A stretch of 59,951 nucleotides of DNA, filler included, from Fonticula-like sp. SCN 57-25 (GCA_001724245.1; 10 parts of 10 records of this genome joined end to end with filler, not necessarily neighbours in it), one strand, 5' to 3'; shown: positions 11,965 to 24,966, counted from the first letter of the whole stretch. Numbers and translations are program-made. The notes: generated by a model from the sequence alone, not told the origin.

Positions 11965-12849
11965 CAAAAAATGTTGAGGGCAACAAAATTAGTCAACTCT
12001 CACGAGAAAGTTGACCTTTTTCTTATCTACGAAGAAGGAACCCTGATTGTCTGGAAGAACAAATAAACTCTCTAGTGATAAATACTCTTTTTCTTCAGAG
12101 ATGGCGCTCTCGTTTCAAGAGTTACGTACTCAGAAAGCAGCTCAGTCAGAGAGAAACACTCCAAAGAGATTGCTTAACCAGCGCTGTTCAATTAGCAATA
12201 AACAACTGTTTTGAAAATTAACATTGAAGTGTTTAGACAATTAAACTTAACTGCTGGAACTGAGGAAAACCTCTTTTCAAGATCTCAACGTTTCAACGTG
12301 AATAAATTAAACTTCTCTATCAATTCACAACCAGAGTTTTAGGACATTACATAAGGGCTGTTGGACTTTCGTTTGAGACAAAACAGAAGTCTGCAAAAGT
12401 TAAAAATTTTATCGAAATATTGCTGCATAATATGCGTGCAACATCGATGTTTTGGGTTTCTCAACCCGACAAGAGGGCGAAAGTCCAACAGAGGGTAACA
12501 ATTTCGTTGGAAGTTTAATTTGCTAGCACTTTACTAAACTCAGCNNNNNNNNNNNNNNNNNNNNNNNNNNNNNNNNNNNNNNNNNNNNTTAATTAATTAA
12601 NNNNNNNNNNNNNNNNNNNNNNNNNNNNNNNNNNNNNNNNNNNNCACATATTGAGCATAAAGTGACACAGACACAAAATCAACACCAACACCAAATTACC
12701 ATAATACAACATAAAAGTACCATATTCCATCCATACTACAACCCTATTCCTACCATAATACAACCATAATACAATATAATATACAATAATTCCAACCATA
12801 TTCCAACCATATTCAATCCATACTACAACCATAATATAACATTATTCGT

Positions 12850-15442
12850 ACTTGATCACCCCCTCCTTCTTCTCTGCCTCTTCCAACTTCACTCTCATCT
12901 CCTCCACCCTCTTCTCCAACACCGCCACTTCCCCCCTCAGCCCATTCGCCTCCTCTGTCACCCTCTGCACATCCCCCATCATCCCCTTCAACACCTCTTC
13001 CTTTTCCTCCACTCTCTTTTCACTCTCATTCAACGCCCTTTTCGCCTCTTCAACATCCTCTTGCCGCACATAATTACCCATGATCTTTTCCATATCGAGA
13101 TTAAACGCGTATTGATCCGGATCGATAAAGTCCTTTTGCAATACTATTTGTGATGCTGCAGAGTAGATTGCTTTCCAGTAGTGGTTGCGGACACGTGGGA
13201 GGGGAGGGATCAATAAGGTTTCTTGGAGGAGTTGGGAGAAGAAGGTGTGGGCTTGGGAGCCGCGGAGGGATACGTCAAGGGCATTGAAGACAGTGGAGGT
13301 ATTACTGAAAGTGGGTATGGGTTAGAGAGAAGGGAATAGAAGAGAGGGAAAGAGAAGAAAGATATATGATACATGTCAATACATGGCAATATATGTATGG
13401 ATACAATACATACATGATACATGAATATGACAACACAGTACACATGACATCACATACATACATGAACATGATACATGTATAGACACAGTACACTTGTCAA
13501 CACATACATGAGCACATACACACACATGAACACATACATGAACATGACACATACATAAACATACCATATCAACAACACATACATCAACACTACACAATAC
13601 ATACTACACTCTACCCACTACACCCCATATTCCTCCTACTCCCCACCCACTCTTCGTACCTCATATCGATACTCTCCACGCCATACACCTCACCCAACGC
13701 CTCCCCATCCACAATCATCTCATCCTCAAATATATTCAACTGCGTATTCAAATTCGCATTCCCATGCCGTCTCAACTCACTCAATACTTCATCAATGCCC
13801 AGTTCAAGTAATTCGTTGCGAAAGTGAATACGAATTTCGAGTGAGTCGACAGAGTTGACGATGGCGTTGAAGAGTGCGAGGCATGATACTTGAAAGTCGA
13901 TAGAGGAGGAGGAGCGCAGTTCATATAATAAGAGGGAGAAGCGGTAGCGCTCGGAGCGGAGGTGGTAGAGGTGGGTGAGGGAGGAGATGACTTGGTGCAG
14001 GCCTTCGGGGGGGACGAAACTAGGGGAAAGGGAGTGAGAAAGGGGAAAGAGAAGGGAAAGAGAAGGGAAATTGAATATTAATCATGGTAAAGTACGAATA
14101 GAATGACACAATATTCATAGACATACTCATAGAATACTCATGGAAAGAGACAATATTCATACATGTAATACTCATACAATATTCATAGACATACTCATAG
14201 AAAGAGACAATATTCATAGACATACTCATACAATGCTCATATAATACTTATATAATACTCATAGACATGTACTCATAGACATGTACTCATATGGATACAA
14301 TACTCATACAATACTCATACAATACTCATACAATACACTCAATATACACTTCAACTACACTTCAACTACACTTCAAGTACACTTCAACTACACTTCCACT
14401 ACACTCATACACTTGATATATCGTACCAAACAGCAGATAGAATGTCGAGTACTTGAATCTTTGTCCTAGTAGAGTCACTCACAAGGCAAAGTGCGATCGA
14501 GTTGAGACCGCGCTCGTCAGACAAAACTGCCGCCAAGCCCTCGGGGTTGTTCATCAGTGCTAAAAAGGCATATTTAATATCATAATAAAGAGGTAAAAGT
14601 GATGAAAAAGTGGAAAAAATGGTACCTTTAAGGCAGAAAATGCACTTGCTTTGTGCCTCGCTGTCTGCCTGCGACCGACTATAAAAAGCAGTTTAGCAAG
14701 GGAAAAGCACTTAAATTGCACAGAAAAACGCACTTTGGAAACTTGTTTTCAATGTTTGAAAGGATATTTAATATGCCTGCGTATCCGCCTGCGCTCAAAA
14801 AGTCATTGACCCACCTGATTGACTCGCCGCGGAGCGACACCTCGAGCGATGTCAGGAGGGGGATCGTCCAGTCGTTGCCGCGGAGAAGCGCGGCGATCTC
14901 GGCGGGCTTGTATTTCGGTTGCGTGAGGCTTGAGGTGCTCTTGTTGGTGTCGGGCGTGCTCGCGGCAAGCGACTGTGCGCAGTGTCAGGAGATGACGGTA
15001 ATCATCAGAAAAGATCTTGGATGATCATTAAGCATCTCGTACCTGATGCTGACGATCGCGGCCTCGCTGCTGCTGGATGAGCATCCACTTGCGGTCTGTA
15101 GGCATGGCCATCATCTGCTCGCGCTTGGTGCCCGGCAGGCCAAACTCGTCGAGGAGCTCGACAAAAAGGGCGAGGACCTCTTCTTCGGGGGGCATGTCGG
15201 ACAGGTCGCCCATGATGCCGAGCTTGGAATCGAGGGGGACATTCGAGGGGCCGATCACGCGCGACTCGCTGTAAAGAGTGTCGCATAACAAAATAAATAG
15301 GAAAAAAGGCATTTAATTAGCGGCTTTTTTAATAAAATTTGAGCGTAATGACGCACCGCTTCCTGCGCTTGGCGGCCTTGGTCTCGCGCGCGACCTCGGA
15401 CGACTGGTCATCAGGCCGCGTCTTGCTTGCACTCGAACCCAT
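12850..15442 (-). CDS. Diaphanous-related formin, N-terminal GBD/FH3 region, multi-exon, 3'-truncated
   Basis: MPPEEEVLALFVELLDEFGLP...KREQMMAMPTDRKWMLIQQ, LTSLEVSLR, LMNNPEGL, ERYRF, LALFNAIVNS and RIHFRNELLELG in successive exons; starts MGSSASK. Confidence 0.85.
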
Positions 15443-16095
15443 TTCCGCCCGCCGCCTCGGTGCGTCCTATCAAAAAGCCGTGCGAATTAGGTGCTGGGGC
15501 GGTCCGGCGTCAAGACTCGGCCGAGAATCTCTGCTGCTGCGATGCGGTTTACAATCCGATGCCGGCCAAGGCAGCTGTCTCACCTTCGGAATGTTTGGGT
15601 GCAAACTAGTTTGCATGTTATTTTCGCACGTTTCGATCTGGCTTTGGTCGCGAAAATTATCTCCGAGAAGGGGGCAAGAGGCTGTACAAACAGGTCTGCT
15701 GCGTGGTAAACCGGTTTAACAAGGCTGTGTAGTGGTATATGAATGTATTGAGAGGAATTGCGCGTTGAAAGTGAGCGGCGATATATAATTTATCCTATAG
15801 ATAGTTGTTTTTTAGTATGGAAAAGTATCGATCGGGGTAAATCTAAGATATAATGCCCCATTAGACGAGAAAATACCAAGTTACGTGTATTAAAAACATA
15901 GTATAGTATACCAGCATTGTTTAATTTATTCTTTATCAAACGTTATGTTCAACTTTGTCGTTCACTTGTATGTGCGATACCAGGAATGACGATCGGTATG
16001 CACGACTTCGTTCGTCAAGTAGGTTTCAAACGTACCATCCACCATTCAAAACCGACCAAAACCGACTTTTGTCCGTAAACAAACGCCCCGCCTCG

Positions 16096-18038
16096 ATGTC
16101 GCGCCCGCAGGCCCTCTCTGGCGTGCGCGTCCTCGAGATCGCCGGCCTCGCGCCCGCCCCCTTTGCCGGCATGGTCCTCGCCGACTTTGGCGCCGACGTC
16201 GTCCGCGTTGATCGCGCCGATTCCCGCTTCAACATGGACGGCCTCGCGCGCGGCAAGCGATCCGTCGCGCTCGATCTCAAGGATCCCGCCGGCGTCGCCG
16301 CCCTCCTGCGCATGGCCGAGCGCGCCGACGTGCTCATCGAGCCCTTTCGCCCCGGCGTGATGGAGAAGCTGGGCCTCGGCCCCGACGTGCTGCTCGCGCG
16401 CAACCCGCGGCTCATCTTTGCCCGCATGACGGGATTCGGCCAGACGGGGCCGTACGCGGGCATGGCCGGCCACGACATCAACTACATCGCCGTGTCGGGG
16501 ATGCTCTCGGTGATCGGCCGCAAGGGGGAGAACCCGATGTTCCCGGGGAATCTGCTGGGCGACTTTGCGGGCGGAGGCATGCTGTGCGCCATGGGTGTGC
16601 TGCTCGCGCTGATCGAGAGACAAAAGAGTGGCAAGGGACAGGTCGTCGATGCTGCAATGGTACGAGTAGAAAATGGGGGAAAAGTGAAGAAAAATGATAG
16701 AAAAGTGAAGGAAAATGATAGAAAAGTGTCAAAATGTGCACTTTTTATGCCTTTTTTTGCACTTTTCTACTTTTTTCATTGACTTTCTTTTCATTTTGAC
16801 CTCATTTAAACCCTCTTCCATGTCGTTCTTCCATACTTTTAACGCATTTATACTAATTATTTGTGCTTGTTAGGTTGATGGCGCTGCTTATCTTGGCAGT
16901 TTCATATTCAACTTGAAGCGCTCTGGTCTGTGGAGCGATGACCGCGGCACAAACATGCTCGATTCTGGCGCGCCTTTTTATGAGACGTACAAGACAAAGG
17001 ACGGAAAATACATGGCAGTGTACGCAAAACATGTGTTTATTTATCGTTTTTATGAGTGTTTGATGCATAATGTTGTGTATTTACGTCAATTTTGTGCATG
17101 TTTTTGTCTCTTTTTATGCATATGTACCACTTGGGAGTTGAAAGTTGATCTCTCTTTTATGCACATTTTTGTCTGTGTTTATGCATTTTATGTCATTTTT
17201 TATGCTTTTTTATCACTTTTCACTGCATATTTGTCACTTTTGTTGCATATTTACTTATCTTTTACTTATTACTTTAGTGGCGCCATTGAGCCGCAATTCT
17301 ACGCACTTTTTCTCAAAGGCCTCGGCCTCTCCGCCGACGACCTTCCCGCCCAAATGGACCAATCAGAGTGGCCCGCCATGCGAGAGCGCTTCACACGTGC
17401 TTTTGCCAGCAAGTCACGTGATGAGTGGGCTGCCATTTTTGATGGGACGGATGCGTGCGTGACGCCCATTATTGAGACGGGTGAGATTATGGACCACAAG
17501 CATGCGGCAGGTGCGAAATTGATTATGAGTTGAAATGGGATACAAAAGTGACATCATTGTGTCATTTTATGTGTATTTGGTTCATTTTATGTCATTTTAT
17601 GTCATTTGTGTGTCATTTTTGTGTCATTTGTGTCAATGTCATTGTATGCTACTTTGTGTCTTTTCATGTCATTTTATGTCATTTTGTGTCATTTTATGTC
17701 ATTTTATGTCATTTTTCTCATCTTTTTCTCATCTTTTTCTCTCATTTTCACTTCTTTTTCTAATCTTTTCGTGTCTTTCAGCGAGAAATCTCCTCATTCC
17801 CGGCCACGAAGACGGCCCCGAACCCGCCCCCGCCCCCCGCGTACGCCCCCTTTTTCCCTTTTCTTCCTCCTTTGCTGACTCATCATAGCTGTCACGCACA
17901 CCCGCCGTGTCATGTGACCGTGTCCGTCCCAGCCCGCATGTCGGCGAGCACACACGTGACGTGTTTAGAGAGTATGGGTTTACCGAAAGGGAGATTGAGA
18001 TGCTCGAGAAGGGAAAGGCCATAAAGTCAAACCTCTAA
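16096..18038 (+). CDS. AMACR: Alpha-methylacyl-CoA racemase (CoA-transferase family III), multi-exon
   Basis: [86 protein letters not shown]; ends KSNL (PTS1-like). Confidence 0.93.
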
Positions 18039-18161
18039 TAGAAGAGAGGGAAATATGATATGAATATATATCGAATACAGGGTAATTAATACAATATATA
18101 TACACTTAAAATGATGGTAAAATAGCCATAAAATAACAAAATGATCACAAACTATTATGTA

Positions 18162-18746
18162 TTATCGAAAGACTCGAGCGAAAATGTCGTCCATTGCTGC
18201 ATCGGCTGCTCTTCTGAATGTCGTCAGAGATGCGCCTTGTGTCGACTGAACAGGACCGTGTTGTTGTTCATTAGACACATGTTCATGAAGACCATGTTGT
18301 TGTTGTTCTTGTTGTTGTTGTTCATGTGGAAGACCATGTTGTTCTTGTTGAGGATTATGTTCATGTTCATGTTCATGTTCATGTTGCTCTTGTTGTTCAT
18401 GTTGCTCTTGTTGTTGATTTGGCACTTGTTGTACTTGTTGTTGTACTTGTCCATCTTGTTCATGCTGCTGTACTTGTCCATCTTGTTCATGTTGCTCTTG
18501 TTCATGTTGTCCATCTTGTTCATGTTGTTCATGTTGTTCATGTTGATTTTGTGACTGCGGTCCACTGAATACGGGCGCAGCAGCAAACACAAGGCTGTCA
18601 AAGTCACTACTCGCTGTCGCTTGTACCTCAACAGATGGCACTTGAATAGCAGCGAGGTGTTCCTGGGCAGCGGCGAGAAGTTCTTCTTGTGACATCATGT
18701 GGACAAGCATGATGGGGGCGGCAGTGGGGCGAGCGGGACGTTTTCC
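18162..18746 (-). CDS. Terminal exon of an unknown gene with a Q/E/H low-complexity tract
   Basis: A polypyrimidine/TAG acceptor near 18747 precedes an open frame containing CATGAACAA-type repeats; the reading frame is not certain. Confidence 0.4.
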   Translation of the reverse strand, partial: GKRPARPTAAPIMLVHMMSQEELLAAAQEHLAAIQVPSVEVQATASSDFDSLVFAAAPVFSGPQSQNQHEQHEQHEQDGQHEQEQHEQDGQVQQHEQDGQVQQQVQQVPNQQQEQHEQQEQHEHEHEHEHNPQQEQHGLPHEQQQQEQQQHGLHEHVSNEQQHGPVQSTQGASLTTFRRAADAAMDDIFARVFR

Positions 18747-19023
18747 CTAATAGTAGAAAGTGAGGAAATTAATATAGGAATGAGGGAAATGTGCATAAAA
18801 GAGGTAAAATTNNNNNNNNNNNNNNNNNNNNNNNNNNNNNNNNNNNNNNNNNNNNTTAATTAATTAANNNNNNNNNNNNNNNNNNNNNNNNNNNNNNNNN
18901 NNNNNNNNNNNATCGTGTCTTCTTGCGCGGCGGATCATCTTGATCGTCGCGGATACTTCGTCTTGCAGCACAGGTGTGCTCCTCCTCCATCGCCACAGCC
19001 GACGCCACAACGGCGGCGGCGCG

Positions 19024-19083
19024 CGTGTCGCGGTCCTCGGCGACACGGGCTGGGGGCCTCGCGGCCCCCCCTAAAAGTTTTTT
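19024..19083 (-). promoter_or_regulatory. -1 programmed ribosomal frameshift signal (gag-pol)
   Basis: A_AAA_AAC in the gag frame (19083-19077), then hairpin GGGGGCC-GCGA-GGCCCCC and a second stem CGTGTCGC/GCGACACG; pol is in the -1 frame and open from the slip site. Confidence 0.85.
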
Positions 19084-20078
19084 GGCTGGGGCTTGTCAGA
19101 GGCGGCGCGCTTCTCGTCGCGGCGGCGCGCCGACTCCTTGCTCTTGTCACGGTTGCGGTCGCGGTTGTCGTAGCGGTCGGGCGAGCGGTCAGGCGAGCGG
19201 TCGCGCGAGTCGCGGAAAGAGCGGTTGGGCGGGCGGCGTGAGTGATGCGCAGAGCCCTCGCTCTCGCGAGCACGATGCCAACAGTCGCGCTGCACATGGC
19301 CGAGCCGTCCGCAAAAATGACAGCGCGAAAGATCCTTGGGCGGCTCAGACTTGTTGGCGCGAGCGACAGTCTGCGCGGCGATCACGTCGATGAGCTGCGC
19401 CAGCCGCTCCTCGACGAGCTTGAGGCGGTCGGACTGGGGCGCGGGGCGATCGATGGCGGCCGTCAACGCCGTGACGTCATCAGTGACGGCAGCCAAAACT
19501 GGTGCGGTCCCCACGCGCAGAGGAGCCGGCTCGCCTCCGATGGCCTCGACACGGCATGCGAGCTGGACGACGGTGTCCATGGTCGGCAGCTGCTCGCGCG
19601 TGACAGCGAGCGTGAGGTACGCGCGGAGCTCGCGCGGCAGGCCGCGCAAAAAGTGCGCCACCATGTCCGCATCGGCCATGTCGGGGTTGACTCGATGGCA
19701 AAGCTGACGAATCGCGCGAGCGTAGGCCTTGATGCCCTCGCCCGGGCGCATCTTGCGCTCGGTCAGCTGGTCGTGCAGGAGTAGCGGCTCGGACGTCTCG
19801 GCAAACGCTTGGATGAGCGCCGCTCGAGCATCGGCGTAGCTCTCCTGCACCGCGGTCGATAGGCCATGGAAGTGCGCGGCGGCTTCACCAGTGAGTACGA
19901 GAGGGAGGGCCGCGCCGCGCTTGGCGTCATCCCAGCTAACAAAATCGGCGGCGCGGTCGTAGTTGTCAAACCAGCGCTGCACGTCTTGAGCCTTTGCGCC
20001 ACTGAAGCGCTCGACGACGTTGAGCACCGACGCGAGACTTGCGCCGGGCTGCCTGGCCTTGTTGGTCTTGGTTGTCAT
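19071..20078 (-). CDS. gag: Gag with CCHC zinc knuckle
   Basis: Retrotransposon gag-like core (FSGAKAQDVQRWF...FLRGLP) and CHFCGRLGHVQRDC. Confidence 0.9.
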   Translation of the reverse strand: MTTKTNKARQPGASLASVLNVVERFSGAKAQDVQRWFDNYDRAADFVSWDDAKRGAALPLVLTGEAAAHFHGLSTAVQESYADARAALIQAFAETSEPLLLHDQLTERKMRPGEGIKAYARAIRQLCHRVNPDMADADMVAHFLRGLPRELRAYLTLAVTREQLPTMDTVVQLACRVEAIGGEPAPLRVGTAPVLAAVTDDVTALTAAIDRPAPQSDRLKLVEERLAQLIDVIAAQTVARANKSEPPKDLSRCHFCGRLGHVQRDCWHRARESEGSAHHSRRPPNRSFRDSRDRSPDRSPDRYDNRDRNRDKSKESARRRDEKRAASDKPQPKNF

Positions 20079-20097
20079 CGTTGATGGATGAAGATGT

Positions 20098-20108
20098 CGA
20101 TGTCGCCA
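20098..20108 (-). promoter_or_regulatory. Primer-binding site, possibly tRNA-Ser
   Basis: TGGCGACATCG one nt after the LTR end, complementary to a tRNA 3' end ...UGUCGCCA. The tRNA identity is inferred. Confidence 0.6.
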
Positions 20109-20109
20109 A

Positions 20110-20705
20110 TGTAACGATGGTGGATGTGGAGCAGGGTACGGTGCACTCGGAACAGTCGGGCTGTATTCGGTGCACAGAGGACCGTAGAGGATCACGTAAA
20201 GACACAGACGAACTTGTAGACGAACCACAAGCAGACTTCAGACGAACACAGAAAGCACAGCAGGAGAGGGCGTATTTATACAGATGGGCGCGGATCCCAT
20301 GACCGCGCACACATGACACGGGAGTTATAGAAGCTGACGTGGACGGGAAGTCCCCGAGAGTACGTAAACCGTAGCGAATAGGTCCGAGGTCACAAGACAT
20401 GCCGTGGCCTGGACCGGCGGTGCTGACAGGCGCTGACAGGTTGACTCATCACGATTGGGAATTACCGGATTGCAGTTTGCTCAGACGGCCGTTCGGCGGC
20501 GCCAAGCCGATGCGCATGGCGCCGGCGATGCTTGTCGCCAGGGGGCGCCAATGGCCTAAAGTAAGACGGGAAAGACAAGTGCGGGTGCCGTGAGTACGGA
20601 GGCAGGGGCGCGCGCACGCATCAGCCGCATGGCCGTAGCGGCATCTGTCCGATGACCGTGATGCGTTTGCACGCAGATCCAGACCAGAGTCCATCAGCCA
20701 TGACA
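20110..20705 (-). repeat. LTR (about 596 bp, TGTCATG...CGTTACA) with TATAAATA near 20272-20279
   Basis: Preceded by PPT AAAAGGGGGGGTGA (about 20706-20719) and followed by PBS TGGCGACATCG; TG...CA termini form an imperfect inverted repeat. Confidence 0.8.
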
Positions 20706-20836
20706 TCACCCCCCCTTTTGAAAAGGCCAGGGCGTCCCCTGGAGCACTTGACAAAGGGGCACATTCGGGCGCAACAGAGGGGTCCCACTGCTCTATTGCT
20801 TGGCAGGCCTCGAATGGCTAGCGGTCACAAAGGAGC

Positions 20837-23800
20837 CTAGTAGCGGAGAAGCTCGTCGGCACTGCTGTCCGAGTCGCTGTCATCCGCGCTAGCGGGCAGT
20901 ACGGGAGGAAACAATGGTGGAAAAGGGGTTCTTGCGCCAACTCGGCCCGGGAGAGGGTTGCGAGCAGCGGTGTTCACTTCATCTTGTTCAGCCTCAGAGT
21001 CGGAGCCAGAGACGTCAGCGTCTTCAGCATCGCTCGACGACTCATCGCCGACAACGCTTGGAGGTGCGAGGTCTTGATCGACGAGCGTGCGCGGTTCGCG
21101 GCTTGCGAGCTCGTCGGACGGCATAGCCTCGGCATCAAGTGCCGGGTCAAAAGTGTCATCTTCCGGCAGTTCCGTGGGGGCGGAGCTTGGCCTGGCAGAG
21201 CGCTCATGGTAGCGTTTGAGCCGAGCGACGTTCACCAGCTGATGCAACCGGCGATTGCCGCTCCCGGAGAGACGGTATGTAACAGGGCCTGTGCGCTCTA
21301 GAACACGGAACGGGCCGGTCCAGAGTCGCGCTATCTTCTTGCTTGTGCCTCGGGCGACACGCGGCACGTAAAGCCACACTTGGTCGCCTGGCTTGTACTC
21401 CGTTGGAGTATGGCGCGCGTCGTACTGGCGCACTTGGGTGCTGCGCGCGCGGTCGAGACAGGCGCGCGCGGCGTTGTGCGCGTCTTGCAAACTGGTGACG
21501 AGGGCGGCGCGGTAGTCGTCGGCCGTCGACCACGACGCTTGCGGGCCGACGTCGATGTGGAGTCCGACGTCCGCGGGCGAGTACGGGTCACGCCCAAATG
21601 TCAAGAAGAACGGCGTGTCTCCAGTCGACGCGTGCTTGGCCGAATTGTAGGCGAGGGCCAGTATCGGCAAGAAACGGTCCCAGTCGCGGTGTTGGTCCTT
21701 GATATACTTGCTCACCATGTCTTGAAGTGACTGGTTTAGGCGTTCGGTTTGTCCGTCACCTTGAGGATGATAAGGCGTCGTAAACGTCTGGCGCGCGCCG
21801 AGAAGGACGGCGGTCGCGCGGACGACTTGGGCGGTGAAGTGCGTGCCTCGGTCCGTAAGGATTCGACGCGGCGCGCCAAAGCGGCCAATGACGTCGCGGA
21901 CGAGGTGATGCGCTGTCGTTGCGGCGTCGTTCGCCTTGGTCGGAATGAATTGCGCAAACTTGGTAAACAGGTCCGTCACGACGAGGACATACTTGTTTCC
22001 ATTGCGCGAGGTAGGGCGCACAGGACCCATATAGTCGAGGGCCACTGTGGCATGCGGGTCGTTCTCGATAATCGGCTGCATGCTACCAGGGCGGTTCGGG
22101 CGGCGCTTGCGCTGCTGGCACTCGACACAGGTAGTGACATAGTGCTCGACATCTCGTGCCATGCCGTCCCAGTAGAAGCGGTCGGCGATGCGCTGCAACG
22201 TGCGCAGGCGTCCTTGATGACCGGCAGCAGGCGCGTCATGATTGTCGGCGAGGACGCGTGCCTTGAGTGACTCGGGAACGACGACACGCGCGCTCGCTTG
22301 ACGGCGCTGCTTGCTGTCGTTTGGCAAAATGATCAGACGGTCGCGCTCATCGAAGCCGTAAAAAGGCGCGCACGCCACCACGCGGCGCGACACCGCGGGC
22401 TCGGGCGGCAGCGTCTTGTCTTGAAGAAACTTGATGAGCGGCGCGAGGTAAACATCGCGGCGTTGCTTGTGCGCAAAATCATCAGCGTCGGTGTCCACGG
22501 CGGCGGCGGCAGCAGCGGCGGCGACGACGGCGTCGGCGGCCGTTGTGTCCGTTTCCTTGAGGGGCAGCCGAGAGAGCGCGTCGGCGTTGCCGTTGCTGCG
22601 GCCGGGGCGGTAGACAACCTCAAAGTCGTACTGCTGGAGAGTGGTGACCCACCGGGCGAGTCGTTGTGTCGGCTCGCGCACAGAGAGCAGCCACTTGAGC
22701 GCTTGATGGTCAGTCTCGACGACAAAGTGTCGGCCGTGAAGGTATGGGTCCCACGTCGTGATGGCCCATATGACGGCGAGTGCCTCGCGCTCGGTCGCCG
22801 AATAGTTGCGCTCGGCTTTCGAGAGCGACCGACTGAGATAGGAGAGGACGTACTCGACGCCATCGATGCGCTGACAGAGCACGGCGCCGAGGCCGACGAG
22901 CGACGCGTCGGTCTGAAGGACAAACTGCGCGTCGGGGTCGGGCAGCGCGAGTACGGGCGCTTGAGCGAGGGCGTTGCGCAGCGTGCGCCACGCGCGCTCG
23001 CACTCGGGCGTCCACACGAAAGGCACGCCCTTGCGCGTCAGGTTGTGCAGCGGCTCGGCAATGCTCGAGAAGCCCGGCACGAAACGGCGATAGTAGTTGG
23101 CGGCGCCGAGAAATGCCTGGATCTCCTGAACGTTGCGCGGCTGCGGCATCTCGGCCATGGCGGCGACCTTGGCGCGGTCGACGGAGAGTCCGCGCGCGTC
23201 GACAATATGACCGAGATACTTGATCTGCGACTGTCCAAAACGACACTTCTTGAACTTGAGGTGCAGGTTGGCCTGCTCGAGGCGCTCGAGGACGGCGGCG
23301 ACGTGGCGCAGATGCTCCTCAGGTGTCCTTGAAAAGATAACGACGTCGTCGATGTAAATGCCCACGAAGCCGTCGAGGCCGTGCAGGACGTCCTGCATCA
23401 GTCGCTGAAACGTGGCCGGCGCGTTGCACAGACCAAATGGCATCACCAGCCACTCGTACAGGCCCCAGGGCGTGACGAACGCCGTCTTGGCCACGTCACT
23501 GGGCGCCATGGGCACCTGATGATATCCACTTGCCAAATCGAATGTCGTGAAAAAACGCGCTCCTTGCATGTGGTCGAAGAGGTTTTCAATGCGCGGTAGC
23601 GGAAAACTGTCCTTGACCGTCAGCTTGTTGAGCGCCCTGTAGTCGACGCAGAGGCGCGTCGAGCCGTCCGGCTTAGGAATGAGCACAATCGGAGCGGCCC
23701 AGGGGCTCGTGGAGCGTCGAATGAGGCCACGCGTCTCGAGGGCCTCAATCTCGGCGCGCGCGATGCGCTCTCGCTCGGCGCCGAGACGGTACGGCGCGCG

Positions 23801-24966
23801 GCGCACGGGCGCGGCGCGGTCGGTCGGCACGTGATGCATCACTTTGGATGTCGTGCCGGGCGCGCGTCCTTCGGTGGCGAAGACATGTCGAAAGCGAAGG
23901 AATATGTCGAACAGCTCGGGCCAATGCTGCGTCGCGTTGCGCAAAGAGTCGATGCTCGGCCCTGCCTCGCGGTAATCGGGTCCGTCGGGCAGCGGCGGCG
24001 GCGAGTCCTCGGGCGCGGCGCCGAGCGCAGTCGTCAGTGCGGCGATAACTAGGTCGTCACCGGCGGCTGCGCTGCCTGCAATGCCTCGGGCGGTCGCCAC
24101 GGCGGTGCCGCCTAGCTCGAGCTGATCGACGCTCGGCTTGGAAAGGTCGAGGCGGGCGCCGAGTAGACGCAGCATATCCATGCCGATCACGATCGCGTGG
24201 ATGAGGCTGTCGACGACGAGGAATGTAAATATGTCTGGGTCGCGTCGGACTCCCTTGGGCCTAGCGGGAAGTGCGACGACGCCAATCGGGCTCATCGTGC
24301 TGCCTGACGCAGAGCGCACCCTGCCTCCCCAGGGCAGGAGCGGCGCCTGCAGGCGAGCGGCGAGAGCGCTTGAAATGACAGAGCGCGTGGCTCCAGTATC
24401 GACGAGTGCTGAAATAGTCACCGGCTTGGGGTGCGCGGGCGGCGGCGGTACCTCACCATGAAGGTCGCCGGCGGCGGCGCGCGGGAGCAGAGGAAACAGC
24501 TCGACCGCAATAAACACGTGGCTCTCCGCTCGTACGCCGGCCATCCCGGGGTTCGGCTCCTTAGCGTCACGAGTCGGTGGGACGTGGCTCACGTCTTGCC
24601 TCTCCGAGGTATCGTCTCCCATGCCGGCGGCTGCCACCGCCAGCACGACATCCTCAGCAGGCGCACTTCTCAATTCTTGTTTTTCTCGCGGCGTGCGTCG
24701 CGCATCATTACGGCGCACGTCCAGCGTTCTTGTTTGCTCGCCTGGGTCGGGCCGACGGTCCTTGCCGTCGCCCACAGAGGCCGGGTCTCGGTGCCCAGGT
24801 CGAGGTCCACTGCGCTTGCGCAGCAGATCGTCAAGCACTCGTCCATCGTTGTCATCATCTCGATCAAATCGTGTCTTCTTGCGCGGCGGATCATCTTGAT
24901 CGTCGCGGATACTTCGTCTTGCAGCACAGGTGTGCTCCTCCTCCATCGCCACAGCCGACGCCACAA
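20837..24966 (-). CDS. pol: Pol polyprotein (protease, RT, RNase H, integrase); its 5' end continues at 19011-19077 through the circular junction
   Basis: ALVDTGA, RLCVDYRALN, MPFGLCNAPATFQ, YIDD, QTDAS, integrase H-H-C-C, TDRG, PYHPQGDGQTER and GPF motif; uninterrupted ORF. Confidence 0.96.

Larger units (their letters stand above)
18912..24966 (-). mobile_element. Complete Ty3/Gypsy LTR retrotransposon, circularly permuted with a single LTR (unit 5956 bp)
   Basis: gag, PR-RT-RH-IN order, PBS, PPT and LTR are all present; the contig ends share an exact 99-nt repeat (18912-19010 = 24868-24966). Confidence 0.95.

Noticed and set aside
18224-18631. Overlapping N/M-rich and antisense L/F/M-rich ORFs
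   Set aside because: The stop-free CATGAACAA repeat opens several frames; there is no evidence of dual coding.
20837-21200. Possible chromodomain or env gene after integrase
   Set aside because: The tail is acidic and Pro-rich without chromodomain aromatic residues, and no env-sized ORF precedes the PPT.
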